From a virus: DNA of 64,000 nucleotides. A program made the position numbers and the translations under genes. This document shows, piece after piece, positions 47,453-56,594 of this stretch. Under the pieces are notes generated by a model. It saw nothing but the letters and a program-made list of their open reading frames with translations, did not search any database and had not been told where the DNA came from. Location: the IMG/VR virus record IMGVR_UViG_3300010413_000005, positions 49,819 through 113,818 of that record; one strand, 5' to 3'. The stretch's first letter is position 1, and the number at the start of each line of letters is the position of its first letter.

Positions 47453-48685
47453 TTAGCTAATTACGGGCATAGTAGCGGGCCTTTTTGTAGGGTGTTTTCC
47501 ACCCTTAGGAACTCCGCTTTTTGGCGTAGGTTTGGGAGTATTTCTTCGAGTAGGAGAAGTTTTGTTTGGTATGGAAATAATGGTTTTGCGTTCGTATGAA
47601 GTGAGAGCGCTGAAATATCTCGATTCTTGTGATATATCTACTGTGGTACGGCATCGAAAATGAAAAGGAGGCAGAACAATACCACTTTTAGCCAACGCGG
47701 CAGAATCGCTCCTGCCCACATCTCCAGATTTCGGAGATATGGTTTGGAGTTCTTTGTATGACATCCAAGGGTGCGCCGCTCTCACATCATCCGGATTGGT
47801 CGCTCCGGCCTCGCTCTCGATTTGTTGAACGGCGTCTTCTACCAAAAACACTTTGCCGTTCATATGTTGACAAATTTCCGAAGTCCTCCGATCCATAGGA
47901 TTGACCAATACAAATCGGGTGACTCCTACGTCTACAAATGATCTCACTTGTCCACGTACTCTCGAGTTGGTGGCTGTGTTAGCTGCCAAGCCTTCAAAGT
48001 ATTGAGATTGAGTTCCGTAGAATCCTCCGGGAGTCTGTACTTTGCGTAACGATTCTCTAACAGCCATACTCATGGCCAAACCGGCATCGTTACGTCCCAA
48101 GCCCAACTTCATCGTATCTTCTACTGATCCTCTCACCACGACACTTACGTTGCTGTCGTAGTGTTCTCCGATCCAGATCATTTGATCGTCTTGAAGAGCG
48201 TCGATAGCGCTATCGTCTAACAAATCGAAGTCCGGTTTGACCTTGGCCTTTTTTGCCTTCTCTACCGGTTCCGACAATTTGTCTAACAACGCGGAACTGT
48301 ATTGTAATGATGATTTTGTATTCTTGTTGGCCTTTTTGAAACCGGCTGTTCTGGCCAATTTGTAAATTTCCGCTATCGAATTGGTGTACGGTTTGGCTAC
48401 GTCGGTAGACCATTTGTCCATGTATCTTCCTACCAACGCGGTTATCTCTTTGGCGTTGCTCCCGGAACGCGCTCGCGCGCCGGCCGCGTCAGCAGCTTGT
48501 TTGCTCCTCAGATTCCACGAGGCATTTAGGATCTGATTCATCCTGTATTCGGCTCGAGCGATTTGCGCTACTTCCGACAACACGAGCGCTTTCGCTATCA
48601 ACCGATCGCCTTCACTCAACAACAAGTTCATAGCGGCGAACTCTTTGGCACACGCCTCGCATTCGAATTCGCTTTTCAGAGACAT
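47453..48685 (-). CDS. MuF/SPP1 gp7-like minor head protein
   Basis: DRRTSEIC..MNG.VF; PPFHFRCRT; follows the portal. Confidence 0.85.
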   Translation of the reverse strand: MSLKSEFECEACAKEFAAMNLLLSEGDRLIAKALVLSEVAQIARAEYRMNQILNASWNLRSKQAADAAGARARSGSNAKEITALVGRYMDKWSTDVAKPYTNSIAEIYKLARTAGFKKANKNTKSSLQYSSALLDKLSEPVEKAKKAKVKPDFDLLDDSAIDALQDDQMIWIGEHYDSNVSVVVRGSVEDTMKLGLGRNDAGLAMSMAVRESLRKVQTPGGFYGTQSQYFEGLAANTATNSRVRGQVRSFVDVGVTRFVLVNPMDRRTSEICQHMNGKVFLVEDAVQQIESEAGATNPDDVRAAHPWMSYKELQTISPKSGDVGRSDSAALAKSGIVLPPFHFRCRTTVDISQESRYFSALTSYERKTIISIPNKTSPTRRNTPKPTPKSGVPKGGKHPTKRPATMPVIS

Positions 48686-48694
48686 TACAACTCG

Positions 48695-50479
48695 CTATTC
48701 TTCCGTTTTAGACTTCCACAATTGTTCCAATTTTTTATTGATTTTGAGCAATCGTTCTGCCGCCAACATAACAACGTCGTCGTCTTCTATGATTTCGTCG
48801 TCGGATAGAACTCCTAATGCTTTCAAAGCGGTCACTTGTTGTCCAGGTTCCGTTGGCTCCGCTTTGTTCTTCACGGCTTCAGCCATGGTAAGTGAGAAGG
48901 GCATATCTTTCGGGAATCCCACGGGGAAATCTCCCAAGTCTCTGCCTAGTATTTCTTCCAACATACTTCTGGCGATGGCGGGTGTCATTCCTCCGGTCTT
49001 CTCGGAAGTGGCCAATATCTTGACCAATTTATCGTTGTCCGTGGTATTAGGAGAGTTGGATTTGAATGTGTGGAATATGATTCCCATTTCCGGGAATATG
49101 ATACGATTCATAAGTTCATCGAACTTATCGCGCTCCGGAGCGAATATCTGTTCGTCGGCCAGGCGCCGGCTGGACTCCGCCGTTGTTCTCGTGTAGTCGT
49201 CCGCGCGCCCTACGAATATCGGAGGCAACCTGAATGCTCTGCGTATTTTATCTTGGTTGTTTGAGGAGTAATTTTGAAATAGCGAGTCTCTATTTTGGGC
49301 ATCGGTCAGAGGTTTGATATCGATTTTGAATTGTCCTCCGTCTTCTCCTTCGAATCCTCTGCCCTCCGCTTCTACGATTAGAAATTTGCTGTAATTGTCG
49401 CTGCCTTGAATTTGGCTTTCCACGAAGTCTTCGATTCTTTTGATCGTTCCTTCCGTAAGCTGTCCGTTGGATACCAACACGGCCATCGACGGTATGTTGT
49501 TGTTCCTCAAAGTGACATAATTGATCTCTTCGGCCGCGCGGTCGCCGAATATGGACAACAGATTGCCTATGAATCTGGGCAACCCGTAAGCAGATCGAGC
49601 TGAATATATCGACCTGTGGATGATTTCTGTCGCTTTCTTCTCTTCTGGAAACGACGCCAGTTTGCTTTCCGGAATCAACGTTCCGTTTTCACAATCGTAA
49701 GTTCTGGGATCTCCGAATTCTTTGAACCAACGTATCCTGTGGCTGGTGACCGAATTTCCCGCGGTGACGCTGGAAGCATAACGACATTGTATGTATCTCC
49801 TGAACCTCTTCAATCGCTTTAGCGACCGCGTTTTTATCGTTCCGTCCTCTTGCAATTCGAGTATTTTACGATTGCACTCCGTGTGTTCAGGTTCCATCCT
49901 ACCGATTCTCATTTGATAGGCGGGCATGTGTGTGAAACTCTGAATGTTGCCCTTGCTGTCTCTGAGAACTTCGAAGTAAGCATTTCCTGTGGTCTCGATA
50001 TCGGTCCTCTGCTTCTCCCTGAATTCTATGAACGTCTCCTCCGTGCACCATTTGAAGAAATTCTTCAATCTTACCTGTTCGGCGTTTATTTGCTTTTTGA
50101 TCGATTCTTCTATCTCGGATTCTTCTTTTTCTTTCATTATCGAAGGGAATCGATATCCGGTAGACTCTATGTTGGTAACCATAGACGCTACCGATTGTCC
50201 CAACTCGCTGTTGTGTTCCGGTAACATGGTGAGAGTCAATAAATCGAACGGAGGAGATATCGCCTTGCCTTGTTCTATCAGACTCTGCAAATGATCATCT
50301 TCTATGGATTTGCTGGGTCTGGGTTCAGCCGTCGGATCCAAAGTCGATTGTTTCTTTACTTCGATGACATGTGCCCTGATGGAACTGATAGCCCGTTTGT
50401 TGTAGCTATTACCAATGCTGTTGAAATCGGATTTCTTTTTCGAATCTGATTCGGTTTGTTTTTTTGCTTTTTTTGTCAT
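48695..50479 (-). CDS. Portal protein (PBSX family)
   Basis: PPFD...L, ETTGNAYFEV.R, EIIH, YGLPRF, NNNIP, AFRLPPIFVG...DYTR.TAE. Confidence 0.92.
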   Translation of the reverse strand: MTKKAKKQTESDSKKKSDFNSIGNSYNKRAISSIRAHVIEVKKQSTLDPTAEPRPSKSIEDDHLQSLIEQGKAISPPFDLLTLTMLPEHNSELGQSVASMVTNIESTGYRFPSIMKEKEESEIEESIKKQINAEQVRLKNFFKWCTEETFIEFREKQRTDIETTGNAYFEVLRDSKGNIQSFTHMPAYQMRIGRMEPEHTECNRKILELQEDGTIKTRSLKRLKRFRRYIQCRYASSVTAGNSVTSHRIRWFKEFGDPRTYDCENGTLIPESKLASFPEEKKATEIIHRSIYSARSAYGLPRFIGNLLSIFGDRAAEEINYVTLRNNNIPSMAVLVSNGQLTEGTIKRIEDFVESQIQGSDNYSKFLIVEAEGRGFEGEDGGQFKIDIKPLTDAQNRDSLFQNYSSNNQDKIRRAFRLPPIFVGRADDYTRTTAESSRRLADEQIFAPERDKFDELMNRIIFPEMGIIFHTFKSNSPNTTDNDKLVKILATSEKTGGMTPAIARSMLEEILGRDLGDFPVGFPKDMPFSLTMAEAVKNKAEPTEPGQQVTALKALGVLSDDEIIEDDDVVMLAAERLLKINKKLEQLWKSKTEE

Positions 50480-51969
50480 CAGATCACTCCTGGTTCCGAT
50501 GTTCGGGAACTGCGCCTCTTCATTCTACTACCAGTCACTGCCAAATCAAACGCATCGAACAAATCCTTGTACTCGTAATTCGGGAACAACACCAATTGTT
50601 CCACCAACAAATCGTGTTCGTTCTTTTTGAAGAACATCCGACCTTGTTCAAACAAAGGCTCGAGCTTCATAGCCCTGGTCACTTTGTCCTTGTCGGTATT
50701 CTTGGGACGTACTCTAATTCCAGGATAAGTGTCTTGTAATGTGTGTATCTGTCCCAATTGATATTGATTCGATTCGACTACCGCAACAATTGGATCCCAT
50801 CTACGGTAGAATCTCAAAATCATTTTCGTTTGTTGAGAGAATCTCAATTGTCCTTCGTAATAATCCAAGGTGTAGTACGCTGTTCGGTCCTTCGTCGCTC
50901 CTATCACAACGATCGCGAACTTATCGGCTGCCTCGCTCTCCGAGATGGCCAAGTCCACTCCCATGAACACGCGCAACCCGGCCAACGAAGGATACTCCGC
51001 TGGATCTATCCTTTGGCAATCGTCGTATTGGAATATCTCTCCCTTCATCGCTTCGGTATCGCATTGATACTGCGCGTTGAAGATTATGAGACCGCTCTTT
51101 CTCTTCTTCTTGGCGAACCATTCCGGAGGTCGCTTCTCCGGCCATGGACTTTGTCCTTTTTCGTTCAGAGCTTTGATGATGTGGTGGTGATTCTTCAGCT
51201 CGTTTTCTATCAAGTGTCCATACAAATCGGAGTAGTGATATCGCGTTCCGAGTCTATGGAACTCTCCTCTGTGAGGAACGTCCGGATCCGGAGGGTCAAG
51301 CGTAGGATCGAGCGTTTGATAATACCATTGTTTGGTCTTATCGCGCATGTGTTTGGTGCGCGAATTCTCTTCGTCTATCAAATCGTCTGCGATTATCACA
51401 TCGTAGTGTTTACTAACGATGGTGCCTTCGACTCCTACGCATGTAATCGACGCTTCTTTTTCCTTGGAATTTCGAGGCAGCACCTCGATTTCTTTGTTGT
51501 CCCACTTCTTGGTTCTCTGCGAATCATAATACGGACCGAATATCTCGGCCAGTCGTTCGTTGGATTCGAACTGTTTTTTGATCGACTTGAGAAACGCCTC
51601 TGCGTTTTGTAAGCTCTTGGAAGCTATAAGAATCCTCAAATTGGGATTCTTCAGCAACAGATGTATGGCCTTGGTTACCGTACAAGTGGTACTCTTTCCG
51701 GCGCCGCGGAAAGCCAATTGTAGATTGTCCGGATGAAGGAATTGATACTGCATCATCCGGAGATGAAACGGCATCACCTCGTATCCAAGGACTTCGGTGG
51801 CCAATATATCGATGCGATTACGCTCGATTACCGCGCGTCGTATCCACTCGTTGGTTACTTCTACGCAGTGCTGGTGATAATCGACTAGTTGTGTTCGATT
51901 AGCACGACGTAGATCAACATCAGATAACGCCAAGGCTGATGTGCTAACATTCACAGAACTCCGTTCCAA
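50479..51969 (-). CDS. terL: Terminase large subunit
   Basis: AFRGAGKST, IIADDLID, GTRYHYSDLYG, FNAQYQ; nuclease GVDLA and DLFDA. Confidence 0.92.
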   Translation of the reverse strand: MERSSVNVSTSALALSDVDLRRANRTQLVDYHQHCVEVTNEWIRRAVIERNRIDILATEVLGYEVMPFHLRMMQYQFLHPDNLQLAFRGAGKSTTCTVTKAIHLLLKNPNLRILIASKSLQNAEAFLKSIKKQFESNERLAEIFGPYYDSQRTKKWDNKEIEVLPRNSKEKEASITCVGVEGTIVSKHYDVIIADDLIDEENSRTKHMRDKTKQWYYQTLDPTLDPPDPDVPHRGEFHRLGTRYHYSDLYGHLIENELKNHHHIIKALNEKGQSPWPEKRPPEWFAKKKRKSGLIIFNAQYQCDTEAMKGEIFQYDDCQRIDPAEYPSLAGLRVFMGVDLAISESEAADKFAIVVIGATKDRTAYYTLDYYEGQLRFSQQTKMILRFYRRWDPIVAVVESNQYQLGQIHTLQDTYPGIRVRPKNTDKDKVTRAMKLEPLFEQGRMFFKKNEHDLLVEQLVLFPNYEYKDLFDAFDLAVTGSRMKRRSSRTSEPGVI

Positions 51970-52241
51970 AATTGGGATTCGGCCGCCTTCGTTACCGCAG
52001 ATTTTCCGGACGCAGGTTCGATGGATGATCTAAAGCCGTGGCTTTTCAACCATTGTCGCGCTCGAGCTACGGTCCAAGTGCGGCGATCGAATCGAATTGA
52101 TTGGATTTCCGTTTTACCACTAGGTAAAACTCCGAATATCACAGTCACTCCCTTGGGCGATCCTGGCAATTTTCCTGTCCTCATCTTGGAATATCTGCCA
52201 GGATCTCTTTGGCGAGCGGCGTGTTGATTAGGGTACGGCAC
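51951..52241 (-). CDS. Small basic head-associated protein (PYPNxHAAR domain)
   Basis: MPYPNQHAARQRDP...QSIRFD..WT...AR.WL..H; ends VTKAAESQFWNGVL. Confidence 0.65.
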   Translation of the reverse strand: MPYPNQHAARQRDPGRYSKMRTGKLPGSPKGVTVIFGVLPSGKTEIQSIRFDRRTWTVARARQWLKSHGFRSSIEPASGKSAVTKAAESQFWNGVL

Positions 52242-52242
52242 C

Positions 52243-52611
52243 TTAGAATTCTATCTCCTCATCCGCTCCGGCCAATAGAATCTTGGTCGTTCCGGTATCG
52301 GCGCCGGAAGTAGCTCCGATGAACACTATTCGATCTAGCACATCTATCGTCGTTTCCCACGATACGTTCGCGCCCTTCGCGGCGAAAGTCAACGCGGTGT
52401 GCAGATCGATGAAAGCGTCCGCCTCTTCGCTCCACACCCAAACCTGGATGGCCGGATTCGCTCCTCCGGCCGCGACTATTTGGATGTGTAATTTTCTGAA
52501 TCTGAAACATTGAGCTCCGGATCCTTTTTTCGCCGTAGGAGTGGCCGGATCGTTAGCCGTCAACGTTCTGTATAATTTGTAATTAGGTGCTCTCTCGATT
52601 GAAGCGGGCAT
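52243..52611 (-). CDS. Putative structural beta protein
   Basis: 122 aa, AGGAGG SD, Ala/Thr/Gly-rich. Confidence 0.55.
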   Translation of the reverse strand: MPASIERAPNYKLYRTLTANDPATPTAKKGSGAQCFRFRKLHIQIVAAGGANPAIQVWVWSEEADAFIDLHTALTFAAKGANVSWETTIDVLDRIVFIGATSGADTGTTKILLAGADEEIEF

Positions 52612-52674
52612 ATCGCCTCCTGTGATTGACGCGACGTAGGCGACTTGCGCCGCCTATCGTACGCGCCGGTTGGG

Positions 52675-52974
52675 TTATTCGTACGCGACCGCTCGACAGA
52701 GCTCTCCGCTGACGTTCAGATCTGCATCTGCGCCTAGCGAAAATCCGTTGGATAGCGGAGTGATGCCGTTAGTGGTGATAACGGACATGGTGCCGTCGGT
52801 CACCGTCTTTACGGCGCTATCGTCCGCCATGCCTTCGACCCAGTCAGCCTTGCAAAGACCGCTGACGTTGAAGACTTCGATTCTCTTCGGTCGAAAATCG
52901 AAAGTGCGGATGTTCATATCCGCTCCGGTTCCGTAAAACGATCTGACTTGTACTCGAGAAACGCCTGAACTCAT
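52675..52974 (-). CDS. Putative capsid decoration / structural protein
   Basis: True start MSSGV (ATG 52974, TAGGAGGT SD); YGTG...F.PK.I.V...GF.LG...N.SG; followed by a hairpin at 52630-52665. Confidence 0.6.
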   Translation of the reverse strand: MSSGVSRVQVRSFYGTGADMNIRTFDFRPKRIEVFNVSGLCKADWVEGMADDSAVKTVTDGTMSVITTNGITPLSNGFSLGADADLNVSGELCRAVAYE

Positions 52975-53070
52975 TTTCCACCTCCTAATTGTTGGAACGT
53001 TCCTTGACAGCTTACAGTTCGAATTCCAAAACTGCAAGCCTGCTTTCGCTAGGAACTGGTTAGGAGGTTA
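52975..53070 (-). promoter_or_regulatory. Structured 5' leader that sequesters the SD
   Basis: acctcctaa/ttaggaggt 9-bp stem covering the SD, inner gttcct/aggaac stem, GC-GAAA-GC loop and gcttgcagtt/aactgtaagc hairpin; upstream TAGACT-N18-TATTCT. Confidence 0.55.
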
Positions 53071-53103
53071 GAATATCTCTGAATTTTGGAAGAAGTCTAA
53101 TTT

Positions 53104-53979
53104 TCAAACGGCGCCGTATACGCGTTTAGGATCGATTTGTCCGTTGTGTATCCAATCGGCCCAAGTCCTTACTACCTTCCACTCCTTGGAATCGAGCTGT
53201 CTCCAACTCCAGAATGTGAATCCGTCGACGAACAATTTTCCGAATTGTGTAAACTTGAAAAGGTGTTCGTTCATATTTTCGCCGGAGTTCTTTCCGAAGG
53301 CCGGAACCGATGGAATGATTCTTTGCCAACCCAACTCCGACCACTTGTTCACTCCGCGTTTTACGTCTTCTCTGCCTACAGAATACAACTGAGGAGAACC
53401 AATTCCGAATCCTCCGAATACTTCCCATGGGAAATTTTTGTGCGCCATAGCCATGCCGTAGCTGGTGGTTCCGGCATCGAGACTTTCGTCCATAGCATCC
53501 AACATCAAATCGATCAACGTGCGCGCTTGTTTGTAACGAGTCTGTTTGGGTCCGGTGGATTTCACGCCCTTCGCGTATTCGGGTTGTTTTCTCATGGTCA
53601 AGTCTTTTGCCGCGGCGCCCTTCCATTTGTAAAACACTTCCGGATCGATCCACCAACCGTTCACGGTTCCGTCGCAAACCTTGGTTACGTCTACGAATCG
53701 TTGGACGAACGAACCTTCCCAACCTCCGCGCGGAAATCCCCAAAGCAACACGGTTATTCCGCGTTCGGCGAACGCCTCCGCGTAGCGCGCGATCAACTCT
53801 CCGCTTTTCCCGTTGGAATACAACTCGATATCTCTGCCGTTCTTTTGTTCTTGCCACATCGCCATGATGGCTACGAAGCTGATTCTGTTATTCCAGGCCT
53901 TGTACGCCGCTTGTTTCGGCGTTCCGTGCTTCGATTCATTCAATCCTCTGAGATACACTCCGATTCCGTCAACACTCAT
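53104..53979 (-). CDS. Putative TIM-barrel glycoside hydrolase (endolysin candidate)
   Basis: FVAI, GITVLLWGF, GWWIDPE (DxE), SYG...H..FPW, SPQLY and FWSW, an alpha/beta pattern as in GH25-like muramidases. Confidence 0.5.
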   Translation of the reverse strand: MSVDGIGVYLRGLNESKHGTPKQAAYKAWNNRISFVAIMAMWQEQKNGRDIELYSNGKSGELIARYAEAFAERGITVLLWGFPRGGWEGSFVQRFVDVTKVCDGTVNGWWIDPEVFYKWKGAAAKDLTMRKQPEYAKGVKSTGPKQTRYKQARTLIDLMLDAMDESLDAGTTSYGMAMAHKNFPWEVFGGFGIGSPQLYSVGREDVKRGVNKWSELGWQRIIPSVPAFGKNSGENMNEHLFKFTQFGKLFVDGFTFWSWRQLDSKEWKVVRTWADWIHNGQIDPKRVYGAV

Positions 53980-54640
53980 CGCGCACCTTGCCCTTCTTTT
54001 TCTTCTTCTTCTTTTTCTTCTTCGGTTTGTTCTTTTCCGATTCCTTTTCGCTTTCTAAAGCAGCCAATTCGGCATCTATAATTGATTCCTCCGAAGTATC
54101 TACGGAAGGACCGTAATGCGTATCGCCGGCATTCAAAGACATAATGTCGATTTCTCCGAACTTGCTCATCAATCCGGACAATTTGACATTCTGCTTCAAA
54201 ATCATATCCGTCAATTCTTTATCGCTAATGTCGGCTATCAACATTCCGTTGAAGATTTCCCTGCGGTCCGGTTCCTTCTTGATCACTCCGAACTGCATTC
54301 CCTTGTCCACGATTTTGTCCGTCAATTCCGAACGTAGACGAATCGCTCCGACCATAGCGTTGTATTGTTTCTTTTGATCCAATCCGGTTATCAAATCGGT
54401 CAGAGCTTTCATATTGCGTCGTTGTTCAATTACGTATTGTACATAAAAATGCTCTCTCGGGACTCCGCGGAGTTCTGCCGCCTTGGCCTCCAACATGGCA
54501 TTTTTGATTTGTAAATACGTTTCTTCCGACCATCCCAGATTCTCCGGAATCTTTTCTTCTTCGACGTCGCCGCGAAGGAGCTCCCCATACAATACAGCGA
54601 TCGCGGCCATCATATCTTTCTTGGACAATTTATCAGACAT
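53969..54640 (-). CDS. Putative terminase small subunit
   Basis: N-terminal HTH-like segment, helical core (IVDKGMQFGVIKKEP), poly-Lys tail; upstream of TerL. Confidence 0.5.
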   Translation of the reverse strand: MSDKLSKKDMMAAIAVLYGELLRGDVEEEKIPENLGWSEETYLQIKNAMLEAKAAELRGVPREHFYVQYVIEQRRNMKALTDLITGLDQKKQYNAMVGAIRLRSELTDKIVDKGMQFGVIKKEPDRREIFNGMLIADISDKELTDMILKQNVKLSGLMSKFGEIDIMSLNAGDTHYGPSVDTSEESIIDAELAALESEKESEKNKPKKKKKKKKKKGKVRDEC

Positions 54641-54650
54641 ATGGTATATT

Positions 54651-54905
54651 CTACCTATTTCTACAAACGGGGCATCCTATTTCGTGTATCCTCTTCAATA
54701 CTTCTTCAGCTTTTGAAAGGTGCGTCCATCCGTACCAACGTCCGCATTTACACCTCAAAGCGAATTCTTCTATCGGACGTTGGGAACGCATACCTGTGTC
54801 GGCCAGGCGCCAAGTAAGATTCAGATTGCCTCGATACCGATCCCAAGTATCAAGACTCTCCCGGAGGAGCTCCAGCTTGCCCGTCTTCTGCTTCTTCTTT
54901 GACAT
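54651..54905 (-). CDS. Small Zn-finger protein
   Basis: CKCG...CPVC. Confidence 0.5.
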   Translation of the reverse strand: MSKKKQKTGKLELLRESLDTWDRYRGNLNLTWRLADTGMRSQRPIEEFALRCKCGRWYGWTHLSKAEEVLKRIHEIGCPVCRNR

Positions 54906-55302
54906 TCTCGTCGGTTCCTTCTGCTTCCTTTTGTTCGGATGCCGCTTTTGCCTTTTCTTCTTCCTGTTTCCTTCTTGCTTCTTCCAATCGAGCTTTCATC
55001 CTTTTCGAGAATTCTTCTTCGATCATATCGGCCGCGTCGAAAGCATATTTCACAGCTTCTGCGAGTTCTTCTTCGTCGTCAGATTCGACCGGTTGGGCGC
55101 TCAAGAATATCTCTCTTACGTCGTTGCGATATATTTCGACGCTGGAAGTGAACGAGTTGCCCATTTCCAAGTTGTGGAGACGCTGGTCTAGCGTTCCTAA
55201 GATCTGCGCTATGTAATTCAACCTTTTGGCGGTCGTCAATTCGCTCTGGTTAGGAGCGTTGCTGTTTACCAATATTTTCCTGTGACTTTTATTCTTCATT
55301 GC
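54850..55302 (-). CDS. Hypothetical protein
   Basis: Start MMKNK with AAGGAG SD; acidic coiled-coil. Confidence 0.5.
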   Translation of the reverse strand, partial: AMKNKSHRKILVNSNAPNQSELTTAKRLNYIAQILGTLDQRLHNLEMGNSFTSSVEIYRNDVREIFLSAQPVESDDEEELAEAVKYAFDAADMIEEEFSKRMKARLEEARRKQEEEKAKAASEQKEAEGTDENVKEEAEDGQAGAPPGES

Positions 55303-55712
55303 ATCATCTCCTTTGGAATTGGTTTCTTCGAAGACTCCCAACCGTTCTCTCCATTTTTCAAAGTTCCGTCCTCTACCATTACCGCGATCCTATCAAATAT
55401 CTCCGCGTACACAGCCCTGGCTGTGCTTCTGCTGATAGAAGTAACGGACGGAGTGCAATGTTTCGTCGATACTTCGATAATCAACGATTGGACTATCTCG
55501 GGCATTCCTTCCTCTATCAAGACCAACATCGCAGAATCGTTTATCAGCATTACGGCCGCAGCGGGATAGACGTCGTCCACGTTAGGAATAGCGAACAACT
55601 TGTTGTAAGTAGGTCCTCCTACGCTAGATCCAATGTGGAATGTAACGGTTTCCGGCCTGCGAATCTCACATCCCATGCATCGAATTGTATGCTTAATTGG
55701 TATCGGATCCAC
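55296..55712 (-). CDS. Hypothetical protein
   Basis: 138 aa, tiles the operon. Confidence 0.45.
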   Translation of the reverse strand: MDPIPIKHTIRCMGCEIRRPETVTFHIGSSVGGPTYNKLFAIPNVDDVYPAAAVMLINDSAMLVLIEEGMPEIVQSLIIEVSTKHCTPSVTSISRSTARAVYAEIFDRIAVMVEDGTLKNGENGWESSKKPIPKEMMQ

Positions 55713-56025
55713 GATTTACTATCCTCGAAATCTTCACTCTGAGCCAAACGAACGTAAATTTGAACCGAAGCCACGATCTTTTCCACCACGGAAGAGAACG
55801 ATACATCAGTTCCGCGCGCCGCTTTACCTCTGAATCGCTGATTTGCCTCAGCACTCCAGCACGAATCAGTTGCAACAGCGCTTTGGTTTTGCGCTTTTTC
55901 TCCGATGGAGCCAGCGCTTTCTCCTTCTCGATGGCTTTCATTTCCATGTATTGGCGCCAAGCTCTGACTTCGGTTTTTCCGTACGGCTGCCTTCTCAACT
56001 CATAATTGGACTTTCTCGAACCCAT
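55693..56025 (-). CDS. Hypothetical basic protein
   Basis: Start MGSRKS just after the upstream stop; contains SLPWWKR. Confidence 0.5.
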   Translation of the reverse strand: MGSRKSNYELRRQPYGKTEVRAWRQYMEMKAIEKEKALAPSEKKRKTKALLQLIRAGVLRQISDSEVKRRAELMYRSLPWWKRSWLRFKFTFVWLRVKISRIVNRGSDTN

Positions 56026-56026
56026 T

Positions 56027-56584
56027 TTACACCTTGCCTTTGAGTTGTTTCTCCAATTCTGGGAATTCCGTTTCCAATACTTTCCGTTGAGCATGACTCA
56101 ACGGTTTGCTCGAATGTTTTATGTCTATATCCGAAGCCAACGAAGCTGAAATTCCGTACTTGGCCTCTACGACATCGTATGCTCCGGATGATAGATGTAT
56201 GGCCGAGATACGATGTGAAAGTAGCAATTCGAATTCGGATATGAGTCGTCGAATGGAAGCTGTTGACATTTTGGTTTTCTCGGCCAACAACTTCGTTCCC
56301 ACTCCGTCGCGCCGCTTATGCCACAAATAGTGTTGTACTCTCAAATTGAATTTGCGATTCGGACCGGGAGATGATCTGTTGTAACAATTCAGAACTGAAC
56401 CTCTCGGCTGTACTTCCTTCCAAGTCGCTCCGGTCGCTATCTTGTACGCCGTTTGATATTTCACGCCCATGGATTCGGAGACTTCTTCTATGGTCTCTCC
56501 GGCGAATACGCGCTCCTTTATCTCGGATGCGATTCTGCTGGTTATCACCGCTTTCGGGTGACTTTCTCCCTTAGGACGCGACAT
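56027..56584 (-). CDS. Multi-HTH DNA-binding protein
   Basis: KGESHPKAVIT...IK.....GETIEEVSESMGVKYQTAYKIATGATWKEV (HNH-associated HTH type), plus further HTH-like units. Confidence 0.6.
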   Translation of the reverse strand: MSRPKGESHPKAVITSRIASEIKERVFAGETIEEVSESMGVKYQTAYKIATGATWKEVQPRGSVLNCYNRSSPGPNRKFNLRVQHYLWHKRRDGVGTKLLAEKTKMSTASIRRLISEFELLLSHRISAIHLSSGAYDVVEAKYGISASLASDIDIKHSSKPLSHAQRKVLETEFPELEKQLKGKV

Positions 56585-56594
56585 GAATCACATA

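Noticed and set aside
14644-53000. Long plus-strand ORFs (e.g. 14644-15645, 17089-17835, 21010-21795, 23912-24898, 46302-47102, 50743-51612)
   Set aside because: They are antisense shadows of well-supported minus-strand genes and have no recognisable motifs.
53126-53857. 243-aa Arg-rich overlapping ORF
   Set aside because: It is a same-strand alternate frame with composition typical of frame shadows and no supporting motif.
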